64,000 nt of DNA from the NCBI GenBank assembly GCA_947627445.1, contig CANQWA010000008.1, forward strand, positions 3,530-67,529. Reading direction: 5' to 3'. Of this stretch, positions 38,333 to 47,598 are shown piece by piece (the first letter of the stretch is position 1; the number at the start of each line of letters is the position of its first letter). The stretch comes from an uncultured Ruminococcus sp. GTDB taxonomy: Bacteria; Bacillota; Clostridia; Oscillospirales; Ruminococcaceae. The notes beneath the pieces were generated by a model. The model was given only the letters and a program-made list of their open reading frames with translations. It was not told where the DNA came from and made no database searches. The translations under genes were made by a program, and so were the position numbers.

Positions 38333-39197
38333 ACAGCTGGCTTCTCAAATAGAGACGCATCTGATGGCGTATGTCCGTGTGACGCCGGAGATACAGCGGC
38401 AGGCAAAAGTGATGGAAGCCATGCAGTATTCTCTGGAAGCCGGGGGAAAACGAATTCGTCCGGTGCTTGTGCTGGAATTCTGCCGGATTTGCGGCGGCTC
38501 ACAGGAACAAGCAATGGCGGCAGCGTGTGCGCTGGAGATGATACACACCTTTTCCCTGATCCACGATGATCTGCCGGAAATGGACAACGATGATTTCCGA
38601 CGGGGAAAGCCCTCCTGCCACAAGGCATTTGGGGCAGATGTGGCGCTTCAGGCGGGAGATGCCATGTTGGTGGCTGCCTTTGCTGCGCTGATTGATGCAC
38701 CGTTGCTGACAGCGGAGCGAAAGCTGGAACTGCTGCACATTTTGGCGGAGGCCACTGGTGCTGCCGGGATGATTGGCGGTCAGATCATGGATATGGCGTT
38801 TGAACGGCGCAGCGATGTGACCTTGGAGGAGCAGGAAGCCATGTGTATGGCAAAGACCGGCGCACTGATCCGAGCGGCTTGCCGTCTTGGGTGTACGGCA
38901 GCAGGCGCATCGAAGGAGCGGACTGCACTGGCTGACAAGTACGGCGCAAAGCTGGGACTGGCATTCCAGATTGTGGATGATATTTTGGATGTGACAAGCA
39001 GTTCGGATGTGCTGGGCAAGCCGGTGGGAAGCGATGCAGAAGAGGGAAAGACCACCTTTTTGACGCTGCTGGGACTGAAGCAGGCACAGGAAAAGGCTGC
39101 GGATCTGACAAAAGAGGCAAAGGCACTGTTGGAACAGTTTCCAGAAAATGCGTTTCTGCTGGCGCTGACGGACGAATTATTATGTCGGAACAAATAA
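38304..39197 (+). CDS. ispA: Farnesyl/geranyl diphosphate synthase
   Basis: GGKRIRP, SLIHDDLP.MDNDD.RRGKP, FQIVDDILD, GSD...GK.T. Confidence 0.95.
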   Translation: MEAKFQQHLEQLASQIETHLMAYVRVTPEIQRQAKVMEAMQYSLEAGGKRIRPVLVLEFCRICGGSQEQAMAAACALEMIHTFSLIHDDLPEMDNDDFRRGKPSCHKAFGADVALQAGDAMLVAAFAALIDAPLLTAERKLELLHILAEATGAAGMIGGQIMDMAFERRSDVTLEEQEAMCMAKTGALIRAACRLGCTAAGASKERTALADKYGAKLGLAFQIVDDILDVTSSSDVLGKPVGSDAEEGKTTFLTLLGLKQAQEKAADLTKEAKALLEQFPENAFLLALTDELLCRNK

Positions 39198-39258
39198 AAA
39201 GGACAGAAGTATCAGAATCTGTCTGCAAAGGCAGATTCCAGCATATAGGGTATCAAAA

Positions 39259-41172
39259 ATGGATAAAAATCAAAGAATCAACCGCACAGAGATGCTGCTG
39301 GAACAGCTGGAGCTGCCGCAGGATCTGAAAAAACTGACACGGGAACAGTGTGAACAGCTTTGTGCGGAAATACGCAGGCTGCTGATTGACACGGTTTCCA
39401 AGACGGGCGGTCACTTGGCTTCCAATCTGGGGTCAGTGGAACTGACGGTGGCGATGCACCGGGTGTTTGAATCTCCCAAGGATCAGTTTGTGTGGGATGT
39501 GGGGCATCAGTGCTATACGCACAAGCTTCTCACGGGACGGTTGGAACAGTTCGGCTCACTGCGGCAGAAGGACGGGATTTCTGGTTTTCCGAAGCCGAAG
39601 GAATCGGAGCATGACAGATTTATCAGCGGTCACAGCAGTACGGCGATCTCCGTGGCAGCCGGCATTGCAGAGAGTATGCGCCTCCAAGGAGATACAGAGC
39701 ATTATGCCGTTGCTGTAGTCGGCGACGGCGCCATGACCGGGGGCTTGTCCTATGAGGGCATGAACAATGCCGGAAAGACAAAGAACAATCTCATTGTCCT
39801 GTTCAACGATAATGCCATGTCCATTTCCCGGAATGTGGGTGCGCTGGCACGGTATTTTGCCACCATTCGGGGCAGCGAGAGCTATGTCCGCACCAAACGT
39901 GCTGTGGAAAACCGGCTGAATCGATCTGCTGTCATCGGACCTTCTGTGGCAAAGGCGATCCGCAATTCCAAGGGCATGGTACGGGATATTTTCCTGAAAT
40001 CCGCCACCATGTTTGAGGATTTTGGCTTTGTATATTTGGGGCCGGTGGATGGACACAATGTGGCTGCTGTAGAAGAGGTTTTGGCAGCGGCAAAGGAATA
40101 TCACCGTCCAGTGTTGGTGCATGTCTGTACGACCAAGGGAAAAGGCTATGAGCCGGCAGAGCAGAATCCGGGAGAATTCCACGGTATTTCAAAATTTGAC
40201 ATTGAGACGGGAAATCCGGAAGTCTCGGGTACAGATTCCTATTCTGATGTGTTTGGGAAAGAACTGGTGCGTCTGGCACAGGAAGATCCCCGCATTTGTG
40301 CGGTGACGGCTGCCATGGAGCATGGAACCAGTCTGCATTACTTTGCACGAACACTTCCCCGGCGGTATTATGATGTGGGAATTGCTGAGCAGCATGCTGT
40401 GACCTTTTCGGCTGCTTTGGCTTCTCAGGGACAGCTTCCGGTATTTGCGGTGTATTCCTCTTTTTTACAGCGCGCTTATGATCAGCTGATGCACGATGTT
40501 GCCATTGGCGGTCTGCATGTGGTACTGGGCATCGACCGTGCCGGCGTAGTGGGCGAGGACGGTGAGACACATCACGGGTTGTATGATGTTTCCTTCCTCA
40601 GCACGGTGCCGGGAGCCGTGATATATGCACCTTCTTGTTATGACGAACTGCGGCTCTGTCTGCGCCGGGCGTTGTATAAGGACAAAGGGCTGGCGTGCGT
40701 GCGTTATCCCCGCGGCAAGGATGAGTCGGTTTTTGACAAGACAGCGCTGAACACGGAGTATACCCATGTTTCCTCCGGGCAGCGGACAGATGTGTTGTAT
40801 ATTTCCTATGGCAGAGTGTATGACCATTTGACCCGTGCTGCCAGCCGTGCCAGAGAACAGGGGATGCATTGTGATATGCTGAAGCTGACACGGATTTTTC
40901 CGGTTGCGGACACGGCAGTGGAGCTTTCCATGAGCTACAGCCACGTGGTGTTCCTGGAAGAAGCATACTATTACGGCGGCATTTCCCAGCTGTTCGGCGA
41001 TTTGCTGCTGGAACGGGGCTTTCAGGGCACATACCGCAGGATCGCCCCCAAGGCATATCTGGCACAGGCTTCTATCGCTTCTCAGATGGAGCAGATGGGA
41101 CTGTCGGAGCAGGCGATCTATGCAGATATGGAAACGCTGCTCCGGAAGGGAGAATGCCATGCCCAGACTTGA
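39259..41172 (+). CDS. dxs: 1-deoxy-D-xylulose-5-phosphate synthase
   Basis: GGHLASNLG, WDVGHQCY.HK, GHSST, GDGAMTGG, GIAEQHAV, DRAG.VGEDG.TH. Confidence 0.97.
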   Translation: MDKNQRINRTEMLLEQLELPQDLKKLTREQCEQLCAEIRRLLIDTVSKTGGHLASNLGSVELTVAMHRVFESPKDQFVWDVGHQCYTHKLLTGRLEQFGSLRQKDGISGFPKPKESEHDRFISGHSSTAISVAAGIAESMRLQGDTEHYAVAVVGDGAMTGGLSYEGMNNAGKTKNNLIVLFNDNAMSISRNVGALARYFATIRGSESYVRTKRAVENRLNRSAVIGPSVAKAIRNSKGMVRDIFLKSATMFEDFGFVYLGPVDGHNVAAVEEVLAAAKEYHRPVLVHVCTTKGKGYEPAEQNPGEFHGISKFDIETGNPEVSGTDSYSDVFGKELVRLAQEDPRICAVTAAMEHGTSLHYFARTLPRRYYDVGIAEQHAVTFSAALASQGQLPVFAVYSSFLQRAYDQLMHDVAIGGLHVVLGIDRAGVVGEDGETHHGLYDVSFLSTVPGAVIYAPSCYDELRLCLRRALYKDKGLACVRYPRGKDESVFDKTALNTEYTHVSSGQRTDVLYISYGRVYDHLTRAASRAREQGMHCDMLKLTRIFPVADTAVELSMSYSHVVFLEEAYYYGGISQLFGDLLLERGFQGTYRRIAPKAYLAQASIASQMEQMGLSEQAIYADMETLLRKGECHAQT

Positions 41173-41932
41173 TGCGGCTCTGGTGGAGCGTGGGCTGGCG
41201 CAGAGCCGGCAGCGTGCCAAGGAACTGATACTGGAGGGGCACGTTCTGGCAGGGGGCAAGGTCTGTACCAAACCTTCTTTTCCGGTAGAGGCAGAGGATG
41301 TGCTTGTCGTTACCGGGGGCGGAATTGCCTATGTGGGACGGGGCGGTTTGAAGTTGGAACATGCTCTGACCGCAGGAAAGATTGACCTGACAGGACAGAT
41401 CTGCATGGATATCGGCGCATCCACCGGCGGCTTTACGGATTGTATGCTCCAGAAGGGTGCGGCAAAAGTATATGCGGTGGATGTAGGACACGGGCAGTTG
41501 GCGCCGTCCCTGCGGCAGGATGCCCGTGTGGTGAATTGGGAGGGGACGGATATCCGCCTTTTGCCGGCGGATCGGTTGGAGCATCCGGTGGACTTTTTTT
41601 CCGTGGATGTGTCCTTTATTTCCCTGAAGCTGGTACTGCCGGCGGCAGTGGAATTTCTCAGAGACGGAGGAAAGGCAGTGGTGCTGATCAAGCCTCAGTT
41701 TGAAGCCGGACGGGAGAACATTGGGAAAAAGGGCATTGTGACCTCACGGAAAGCGCATTGGAAGGTGTTGACAGAAATACGACAGCTCTTTGCAGACCTG
41801 GGACTTTCCCTGCGTCTGCTGTGTCCGTCTCCTGTCCGGGGCGGCTCGGGAAACCGGGAATATCTGGCTGTGCTGGAAAAATCCTCCGCAGCCTCTGTGC
41901 CCGTGGATTTGTTGGAACTTACGCAGTTTTAG
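41159..41932 (+). CDS. tlyA: TlyA family RNA methyltransferase
   Basis: S4 domain, YVGRGG.KL, DIGASTGGFTDC, DVSFISL, LIKPQFE, GN.EYL. Confidence 0.95.
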   Translation: MPRLDAALVERGLAQSRQRAKELILEGHVLAGGKVCTKPSFPVEAEDVLVVTGGGIAYVGRGGLKLEHALTAGKIDLTGQICMDIGASTGGFTDCMLQKGAAKVYAVDVGHGQLAPSLRQDARVVNWEGTDIRLLPADRLEHPVDFFSVDVSFISLKLVLPAAVEFLRDGGKAVVLIKPQFEAGRENIGKKGIVTSRKAHWKVLTEIRQLFADLGLSLRLLCPSPVRGGSGNREYLAVLEKSSAASVPVDLLELTQF

Positions 41933-41976
41933 ACCTCCCTTCATCAGAAATGTGTGCGGATGATGAGAACAAGTTC
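41932..41976. repeat. 45-bp mini-element or MITE remnant at the tlyA stop
   Basis: Flanked by TTA on both sides. The right end GATGAGAACAAGTTC is identical to 47048-47062 and 49329-49343. Confidence 0.6.
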
Positions 41977-41997
41977 TTAGAATGATGGAGAATCGTT

Positions 41998-42870
41998 ATG
42001 AAGATCGTTTTATTTCCCCATTTACAAAGCGGCTGTGCCAATCAGGCAGCACGGCAGGTTTGTCAGGTGCTGCATCAGAATCAGCTCTCAGTCTGGGCAG
42101 ACCCCCGGAATCGGGACTTGCTGTCAGATATGGCATTTGTCCGCTTTGCCGATTTTCTGGAAGCGGTAGAGAGTGCAGATGTCGCCATTGCCATCGGCGG
42201 TGACGGAACGATGCTCCACTGTGCCCGCCACCTGGTGGGAACAGCGGCAAAGCTGTTGGGGATTAATACCGGACGGCTGGGCTTTCTGGCTTCTGTAGAG
42301 GCTGACCAGATCGGAGAGATCGCCCGGCTAAAGACCGGAGATTATCGTGTGTCCTGCCGGATGCTGATGCATGGCAAGCTGATGGACGAATCCGGCACAT
42401 GCGTCCGTTGTTTTTCGGCACTCAATGACATTGCGGTTTCCCGGAATTTTTCCCGGGTGGTGGATTTTACGGTTTCCAGGCATCAGAGAGTGCTGGGAAA
42501 TTACCGTGCGGACGGTCTGGTGTTTAGCACGCCCACCGGTTCGACTGCCTATGGACTTTCTGCTGGCGGACCGATCATTGAGCCGGAAATTTCCTGTATG
42601 GAAATGACTCTGATCTGTCCCCATGCCCTTTCTGCCAGACCGATGCTGTTCTCTCCGGAAAATCCCATTCAGATACGCTGTCAGGTGCGGGGAGAACAGG
42701 ATGTATATCTTTGTATTGACGGAGAAAAGCCCGTGGAATTTCCTGTGGGATATACCTTGGAGATCTGCGGATCGAAGCAGAGGCTGGATATACTGGATCT
42801 CAGCGGAAATACATTTTTTGACTCCCTGAGCCGGAAACTGATGCAGCCGTTAAAGGACGGCAGCTTGTGA
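41998..42870 (+). CDS. nadK: NAD(+) kinase
   Basis: GGDGT, GINTGRLGFL, ALND, DGL.FSTPTGSTAY.LSAGGP. Confidence 0.96.
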   Translation: MKIVLFPHLQSGCANQAARQVCQVLHQNQLSVWADPRNRDLLSDMAFVRFADFLEAVESADVAIAIGGDGTMLHCARHLVGTAAKLLGINTGRLGFLASVEADQIGEIARLKTGDYRVSCRMLMHGKLMDESGTCVRCFSALNDIAVSRNFSRVVDFTVSRHQRVLGNYRADGLVFSTPTGSTAYGLSAGGPIIEPEISCMEMTLICPHALSARPMLFSPENPIQIRCQVRGEQDVYLCIDGEKPVEFPVGYTLEICGSKQRLDILDLSGNTFFDSLSRKLMQPLKDGSL

Positions 42871-42878
42871 GGATATCA

Positions 42879-43316
42879 ATGAAGAAAGAACGACAGGATG
42901 CATTATTGCATTTAATTACAGAAGAAAATATATCCACCCAGGAAATGCTGCGGAAGCGTCTGGCAGAGATGGGCTTTTCTGTCACACAAGCGACATTGTC
43001 CAGAGATATCCGTGAGCTGAGACTGGCAAAGACCAGACGAGAGGGTAAGCTCTATTATACTGCCCCGATGAATCGGGAACTTTCTGTCTCCGACGGTATA
43101 CTGGGAGAAGCGGTGCTGTGGGCAGATCACGCCGGACATATGGCGGTAATTCATTGCCGCTCCGGTACTGCTCCGGCAGTCTGTGTGTTTCTGGATGCTT
43201 TGCAGCGTGAAGACGTGGTGGGAACCATCGCTGGAGACGATACGGTGTTCGTGCTGATGCGGACAGAGGCACTGGCACGGGAGTTCGTGAAATTTATGGG
43301 AACAGGGGGATTCTGA
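42879..43316 (+). CDS. argR: Arginine repressor
   Basis: ISTQ..L, VTQATLSRDIREL, GTIAGDDT. Confidence 0.93.
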   Translation: MKKERQDALLHLITEENISTQEMLRKRLAEMGFSVTQATLSRDIRELRLAKTRREGKLYYTAPMNRELSVSDGILGEAVLWADHAGHMAVIHCRSGTAPAVCVFLDALQREDVVGTIAGDDTVFVLMRTEALAREFVKFMGTGGF

Positions 43317-44977
43317 TGATCGCTGAACTGGAAATTGAAAATTTAGCCGTGATCGCCCATGCCCGGATTCCATTTTCACCAAAGCTGAATGTATTCACCG
43401 GTGAGACCGGTGCCGGAAAATCGATGTTGATCAGCGGCATTCATGCCATTCTGGGACAGCGTGTGACGAAAGACATTGTTCGCACCGGCTGTCAGAAGGC
43501 AACGGTAACGGCGCTGTTTACCCGACTTAGTCCTGCGGTCTGTGCCCGACTGGACGCCTTGTCTATTTCTCATGCGGACGATGAACTGCTGCTGACCAGA
43601 GAGATCGCAGCAGACGGAGGCAGTGCGGCACGTGTCAACGGACATCATACCACCGTTTCGATGCTTCGTGAGATCGGCGAAGCACTAATCGACATTCATG
43701 GACAGCATGACAATCAGGTGCTGCTGTCTCCTGAGTGCCATTTGCAGATCCTGGATGCATTTGGCGGAGATGACACATTATTGAAGCAATATCAAGAAAG
43801 CTTCCGAGCATTGCAGAACACGGCAAAACGGCTGAATCGCTTGGGTAAGCAGGAACAGGAAAGATCTAACCGCCGCCTGTATTTACAGAAGCTGGTTCAG
43901 TCCGTGGACGAGCTGGGACTGGAAATGGGAGAGGAGACGGCTCTTGAGGAGGAAAGCACTGTTTTGCAGCATGCGGAGAGTATTTCAGAAGCGCTCCGGC
44001 ATGCGGCGAACGCCATTGACGGAGACGACGCCTGCTCGGCAGTCCAGATGACAGACAATGCGGCAGATGATTTGGGAGAATTCTCCGATCTGCGGCAGGA
44101 ATTTGCGCTGTTGTGCCAGAGACTCAGTGAGGCTTCTATTGAACTGCGGGATATTGCGGATGAATGCCGGCGGCTGCAAGATCACATGGAGCTGGATCCA
44201 GAGCGGCAGACCTGGGTGCAGAAGCGGTTGAAGGACATCCGGCAGCTTTCCAGAGAATATCAATGTACCGGGGATGATCTGGTGACGCATCGGGATGAGG
44301 CAGATGGAGAACTGGCAGAGATGCAAAGTGCTTCTGAAGAGATCGCCCGGCTGAAAGAGGAAAAGGAACAGCTGTTGAAAACGGTTTCCAAACAGGCAAA
44401 GGCGCTGTCGGAATACCGAAAGCAGACGTTGGAACGGTTTGTCCGAGAAGTCACGGCAGAGCTGACCTTTCTGAATATGCCAAATGTGGTGCTGACAGGA
44501 AAGCACACGACAGGAAAGCTGACCATTCATGGTATGGACAGTCTGGAATTTCTCATCTCTGCCAATCCGGGAGAAGAGCCGCGTCCTCTGGCGCGTATTG
44601 CTTCCGGCGGTGAATTGTCCCGGATTATGCTGGCGCTGAAATGCGTGATGGCAGACCGTGACCAGATCCCTACGCTGATCTTTGATGAGATCGATACCGG
44701 CGTCAGCGGTAAGGCGGCGCAAAAGATCGGATTGAAGCTGCGGGAAGTAGGGCAGACCCACCAGGTGGTTTGTGTGACCCATTTGTCTCAGATCGCTGTG
44801 ATGGCGGATCATCATCTGATGATCGAGAAGCGGACGGATGGCGGCAGGACGGAGACGCATGTGGCGGCTCTGGATGCGCAGGAGCGTGTCTATGAAATCG
44901 CTCGGATCATGGGCGGGGAGAATCCCAGTGAACTGCTGCTTCAATCCGCCAAAGAAGAACTGGAACGATGGCGGTAA
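43316..44977 (+). CDS. recN: DNA repair protein RecN
   Basis: TGETGAGKS, IHGQH, ASGGELSR.MLA, IFDEID.GVSG, VTHL.Q.A. Confidence 0.97.
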   Translation: MIAELEIENLAVIAHARIPFSPKLNVFTGETGAGKSMLISGIHAILGQRVTKDIVRTGCQKATVTALFTRLSPAVCARLDALSISHADDELLLTREIAADGGSAARVNGHHTTVSMLREIGEALIDIHGQHDNQVLLSPECHLQILDAFGGDDTLLKQYQESFRALQNTAKRLNRLGKQEQERSNRRLYLQKLVQSVDELGLEMGEETALEEESTVLQHAESISEALRHAANAIDGDDACSAVQMTDNAADDLGEFSDLRQEFALLCQRLSEASIELRDIADECRRLQDHMELDPERQTWVQKRLKDIRQLSREYQCTGDDLVTHRDEADGELAEMQSASEEIARLKEEKEQLLKTVSKQAKALSEYRKQTLERFVREVTAELTFLNMPNVVLTGKHTTGKLTIHGMDSLEFLISANPGEEPRPLARIASGGELSRIMLALKCVMADRDQIPTLIFDEIDTGVSGKAAQKIGLKLREVGQTHQVVCVTHLSQIAVMADHHLMIEKRTDGGRTETHVAALDAQERVYEIARIMGGENPSELLLQSAKEELERWR

Positions 44978-45018
44978 GAACCTTTCCGCATACACATTTT
45001 CGGATAAAAACAGGTTTT
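44978..45018. repeat. ~40-bp mini-element at the recN stop
   Basis: Starts GAACC right after TAA and ends AAACAGGTTT. The core CCGCATACACATTTTCGGAT resembles the reverse complement of the 41932-41976 core. Confidence 0.5.
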
Positions 45019-45041
45019 CAAAATAAAGTGGTGAGACAACG

Positions 45042-46901
45042 ATGAAACAGCCGGAGGAACTGTTACAGCAATATTTTGGACACAGGTCGTTCCGTGAAGG
45101 ACAGCGCAAAGCAGTGGACGCCATCTTATCCGGAAAGGATCTCATGGCGGTGATGCCTACCGGCGCAGGAAAATCTGTGTGCTATCAGATTTCTGCCATG
45201 CTTCTGCCGGGAATGACCGTGGTGATCTCCCCCTTGATCTCCCTGATGAAGGATCAGGTGGAGGCGCTCTGGCAGGTGGGCATTCCTGCCGCCTATGTCA
45301 ACAGCAGCATTCCTGGCGGTCAGTACATGGAGATCATGAATCAGGCACGGCAAGGGGCATACAAGATTCTATATGTGGCGCCGGAACGGCTAATGACAGA
45401 GAGCTTTCTCCGGCTGGCGGCGTGTGTGCAGATCAGCATGGTGGCAGTGGACGAAGCCCACTGCGTTTCTCAGTGGGGACAGGATTTCCGTCAGAGCTAT
45501 TTGGATATCCCCGTGTTTGTCGAGCAGCTTTCTCATCGACCGGTCTGTGCTGCATTTACGGCAACGGCGACACGGCAGGTGGAACAGGATATTGTGAAAA
45601 TGCTCCGGCTGCGATTTCCCGAAATGCTGAAAACCGGCTTTGACCGGAAAAATCTGTTTTTCGGGATACGCCGTCCCAAGGATAAAATGGAGGAGCTGTT
45701 GACTGTGCTTCGGGACAATCCGAGCAAAAGCGGCATTGTCTACTGTTCCACCCGGAAAAATGTGGAAGAAGTTTGCCATGCGCTATGTGCAAAGGGTTAT
45801 GCTGCCACAAGGTATCACGCCGGACTGTCCGATCAGGAACGGGCGCAGAACCAGGAGGAATTTCTTTATGACCGCAAGCCGATAATGGTCGCCACCAATG
45901 CCTTTGGTATGGGTATTGATAAATCCAACGTTTCCTTTGTGGTGCATTATAACATGCCAAAGGATCTGGAAAGCTATTATCAGGAGGCAGGCAGAGCCGG
46001 ACGGGACGGTGAACCAGCACAGTGTATTCTGCTGTACAGCGGCAGAGATGTGCGAACCAGTCAGTTTTTGCTGGAGCGCAGCTGCGAGGAAATGGAGAAT
46101 GAGGACGAAACGCTCCGGCAGTCTCTTCTGGAAAAAAGCCGGGAACGTCTGCGGCAAATGACATTTTATGCCACATCCACAAGCTGTCTGCGCCACCGGA
46201 TTCTGCAATATTTCGGCGAGCGATCTCCGGAAAGCTGCGGAAACTGTTCCTGCTGTCAGGCCAATTACAAGGAGGAGGACATGACTCTCAGCGCCCAGAA
46301 GATCATCTCCTGTGTATATCGAGGACAGAAGGCTGGATATCATCTGAGCAGCCATATGACTTCCAATATACTGATCGGCAGCAAGAATGCGACCCTGCTG
46401 AGAATGGGGCTGGATCGGCTTTCTACCTATGGGCTGATGCAGGAGGAGACACGGCGGTCTGTGGGAGAGATGATCGACCGGCTTATCGAGGAGGGAAATC
46501 TGGGTGTACGTTCCTTCAAGGACTACCAGGAGCTTACGCTGACACCTGGTTCTGCGGCGATACTCCGGGGAGAGAAAAGAGTGACACGGCGGGTGCTGGA
46601 AAAGCAGGAAAAGTCTGCCGCTGTCAAGTCCAAGGCGGACAGTGTGGATCCGACCATGACACCAGCGGATCATGCCTTGTTTCAGAAGCTGCGGCAGCTG
46701 CGGACGAAACTGGCGGAAAAAGAGGGTGTTCCTCCGTATTTCATTTTCTCCGATGCGACACTTCGGGATATGTGCCGGAAAAAACCCGTGATGATGCGTG
46801 ATATCCGGCAGGTGTCTGGTGTGGGAACGATCAAGGCGCAGCGGTATGGCAAGCAATTTTTGCAGGCAGTGGTGCAGCATCTGGAGGAATTGGGGGACTA
46901 A
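45042..46901 (+). CDS. recQ: ATP-dependent DNA helicase RecQ
   Basis: PTGAGKS.CYQ, VDEAHCVSQWG.DFR, TATAT, GRAGRDG, Zn-binding CGNCSCC, RQC and HRDC domains. Confidence 0.97.
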   Translation: MKQPEELLQQYFGHRSFREGQRKAVDAILSGKDLMAVMPTGAGKSVCYQISAMLLPGMTVVISPLISLMKDQVEALWQVGIPAAYVNSSIPGGQYMEIMNQARQGAYKILYVAPERLMTESFLRLAACVQISMVAVDEAHCVSQWGQDFRQSYLDIPVFVEQLSHRPVCAAFTATATRQVEQDIVKMLRLRFPEMLKTGFDRKNLFFGIRRPKDKMEELLTVLRDNPSKSGIVYCSTRKNVEEVCHALCAKGYAATRYHAGLSDQERAQNQEEFLYDRKPIMVATNAFGMGIDKSNVSFVVHYNMPKDLESYYQEAGRAGRDGEPAQCILLYSGRDVRTSQFLLERSCEEMENEDETLRQSLLEKSRERLRQMTFYATSTSCLRHRILQYFGERSPESCGNCSCCQANYKEEDMTLSAQKIISCVYRGQKAGYHLSSHMTSNILIGSKNATLLRMGLDRLSTYGLMQEETRRSVGEMIDRLIEEGNLGVRSFKDYQELTLTPGSAAILRGEKRVTRRVLEKQEKSAAVKSKADSVDPTMTPADHALFQKLRQLRTKLAEKEGVPPYFIFSDATLRDMCRKKPVMMRDIRQVSGVGTIKAQRYGKQFLQAVVQHLEELGD

Positions 46902-47062
46902 GAACTGGTTCTCATCGGATATTGTACCTGTCTTTTCGGCAAATTTTGTCGATTGCTGCGTGGAAAAAGCTCACCATACGTTAGGTTGCTTTCGCTTTTT
47001 CGCCTTGCCCTCGTCAAAATGTTGCGCGAAAATCCATGGTCAAATCCGATGAGAACAAGTTC
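46902..47062. mobile_element. MITE-like element, family C (161 bp)
   Basis: 19-bp TIR GAACTGGTTCTCATCGGAT / ATCCGATGAGAACAAGTTC (18/19 match). TAA direct repeats at 46899-46901 (the recQ stop) and 47063-47065. Confidence 0.78.
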
Positions 47063-47109
47063 TAAGAACTGGTTCCGATGACTTTATGACAAAAAAGAGA
47101 GGGATCATC

Positions 47110-47598
47110 ATGGCAAAAGAAAAAATGGAAAAGACCAATGCCATGCGGATGCTGGATCGTGCCAAGATTCCCTATGTCTGTCACGTATGGGAAGAAGCCA
47201 CCGGACAGCATACTGGTGTGGAGCTTGCCCATGCATTGGGTGAAAATCCGGAACAGGTGTTCAAGACCCTGGTCACGGTGGGAAAATCCGGTGGGCATTT
47301 TGTGTTCCTCGTGCCGGTGGCAGAAGAACTGGATCTGAAAAAAGCAGCTGCCGCAGTAGGAGAAAAGGCGGTTTCCATGTGCAAAGCCAAAGAATTGCTG
47401 CCCCTCACCGGATATATCCATGGCGGCTGTTCGCCGGTGGGAATGAAAAAACAGTTTCCCACCGTGATACACGAAACGGCGGCGGAATTCGACACGATTC
47501 TATGCAGCGCCGGAAAGATTGGACACCAGTTGGAGATCTCCTTAGAGGCTCTGGGACGGATCGTACCCTTTGAGTTGGGGAATATTGTGGCGGAGTAA
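47110..47598 (+). CDS. ybaK: Cys-tRNA(Pro) deacylase YbaK/EbsC
   Basis: KTNAMR.LD, VFKTLV, ELDLKK.A, TGYIHGGCSP.GMKK, SAGK.G. Confidence 0.95.
   Translation: MAKEKMEKTNAMRMLDRAKIPYVCHVWEEATGQHTGVELAHALGENPEQVFKTLVTVGKSGGHFVFLVPVAEELDLKKAAAAVGEKAVSMCKAKELLPLTGYIHGGCSPVGMKKQFPTVIHETAAEFDTILCSAGKIGHQLEISLEALGRIVPFELGNIVAE

Noticed and set aside
39216-39240. Hairpin between ispA and dxs as a terminator
   Set aside because: No U-tract; at most a stability or pausing element.
47051-47075. GAAC...GTTC motifs as LexA (Cheo) boxes near recN and recQ
   Set aside because: The spacer is N2, not the N4 of Firmicute SOS boxes, and the motifs are ends of dispersed repeats downstream of genes.
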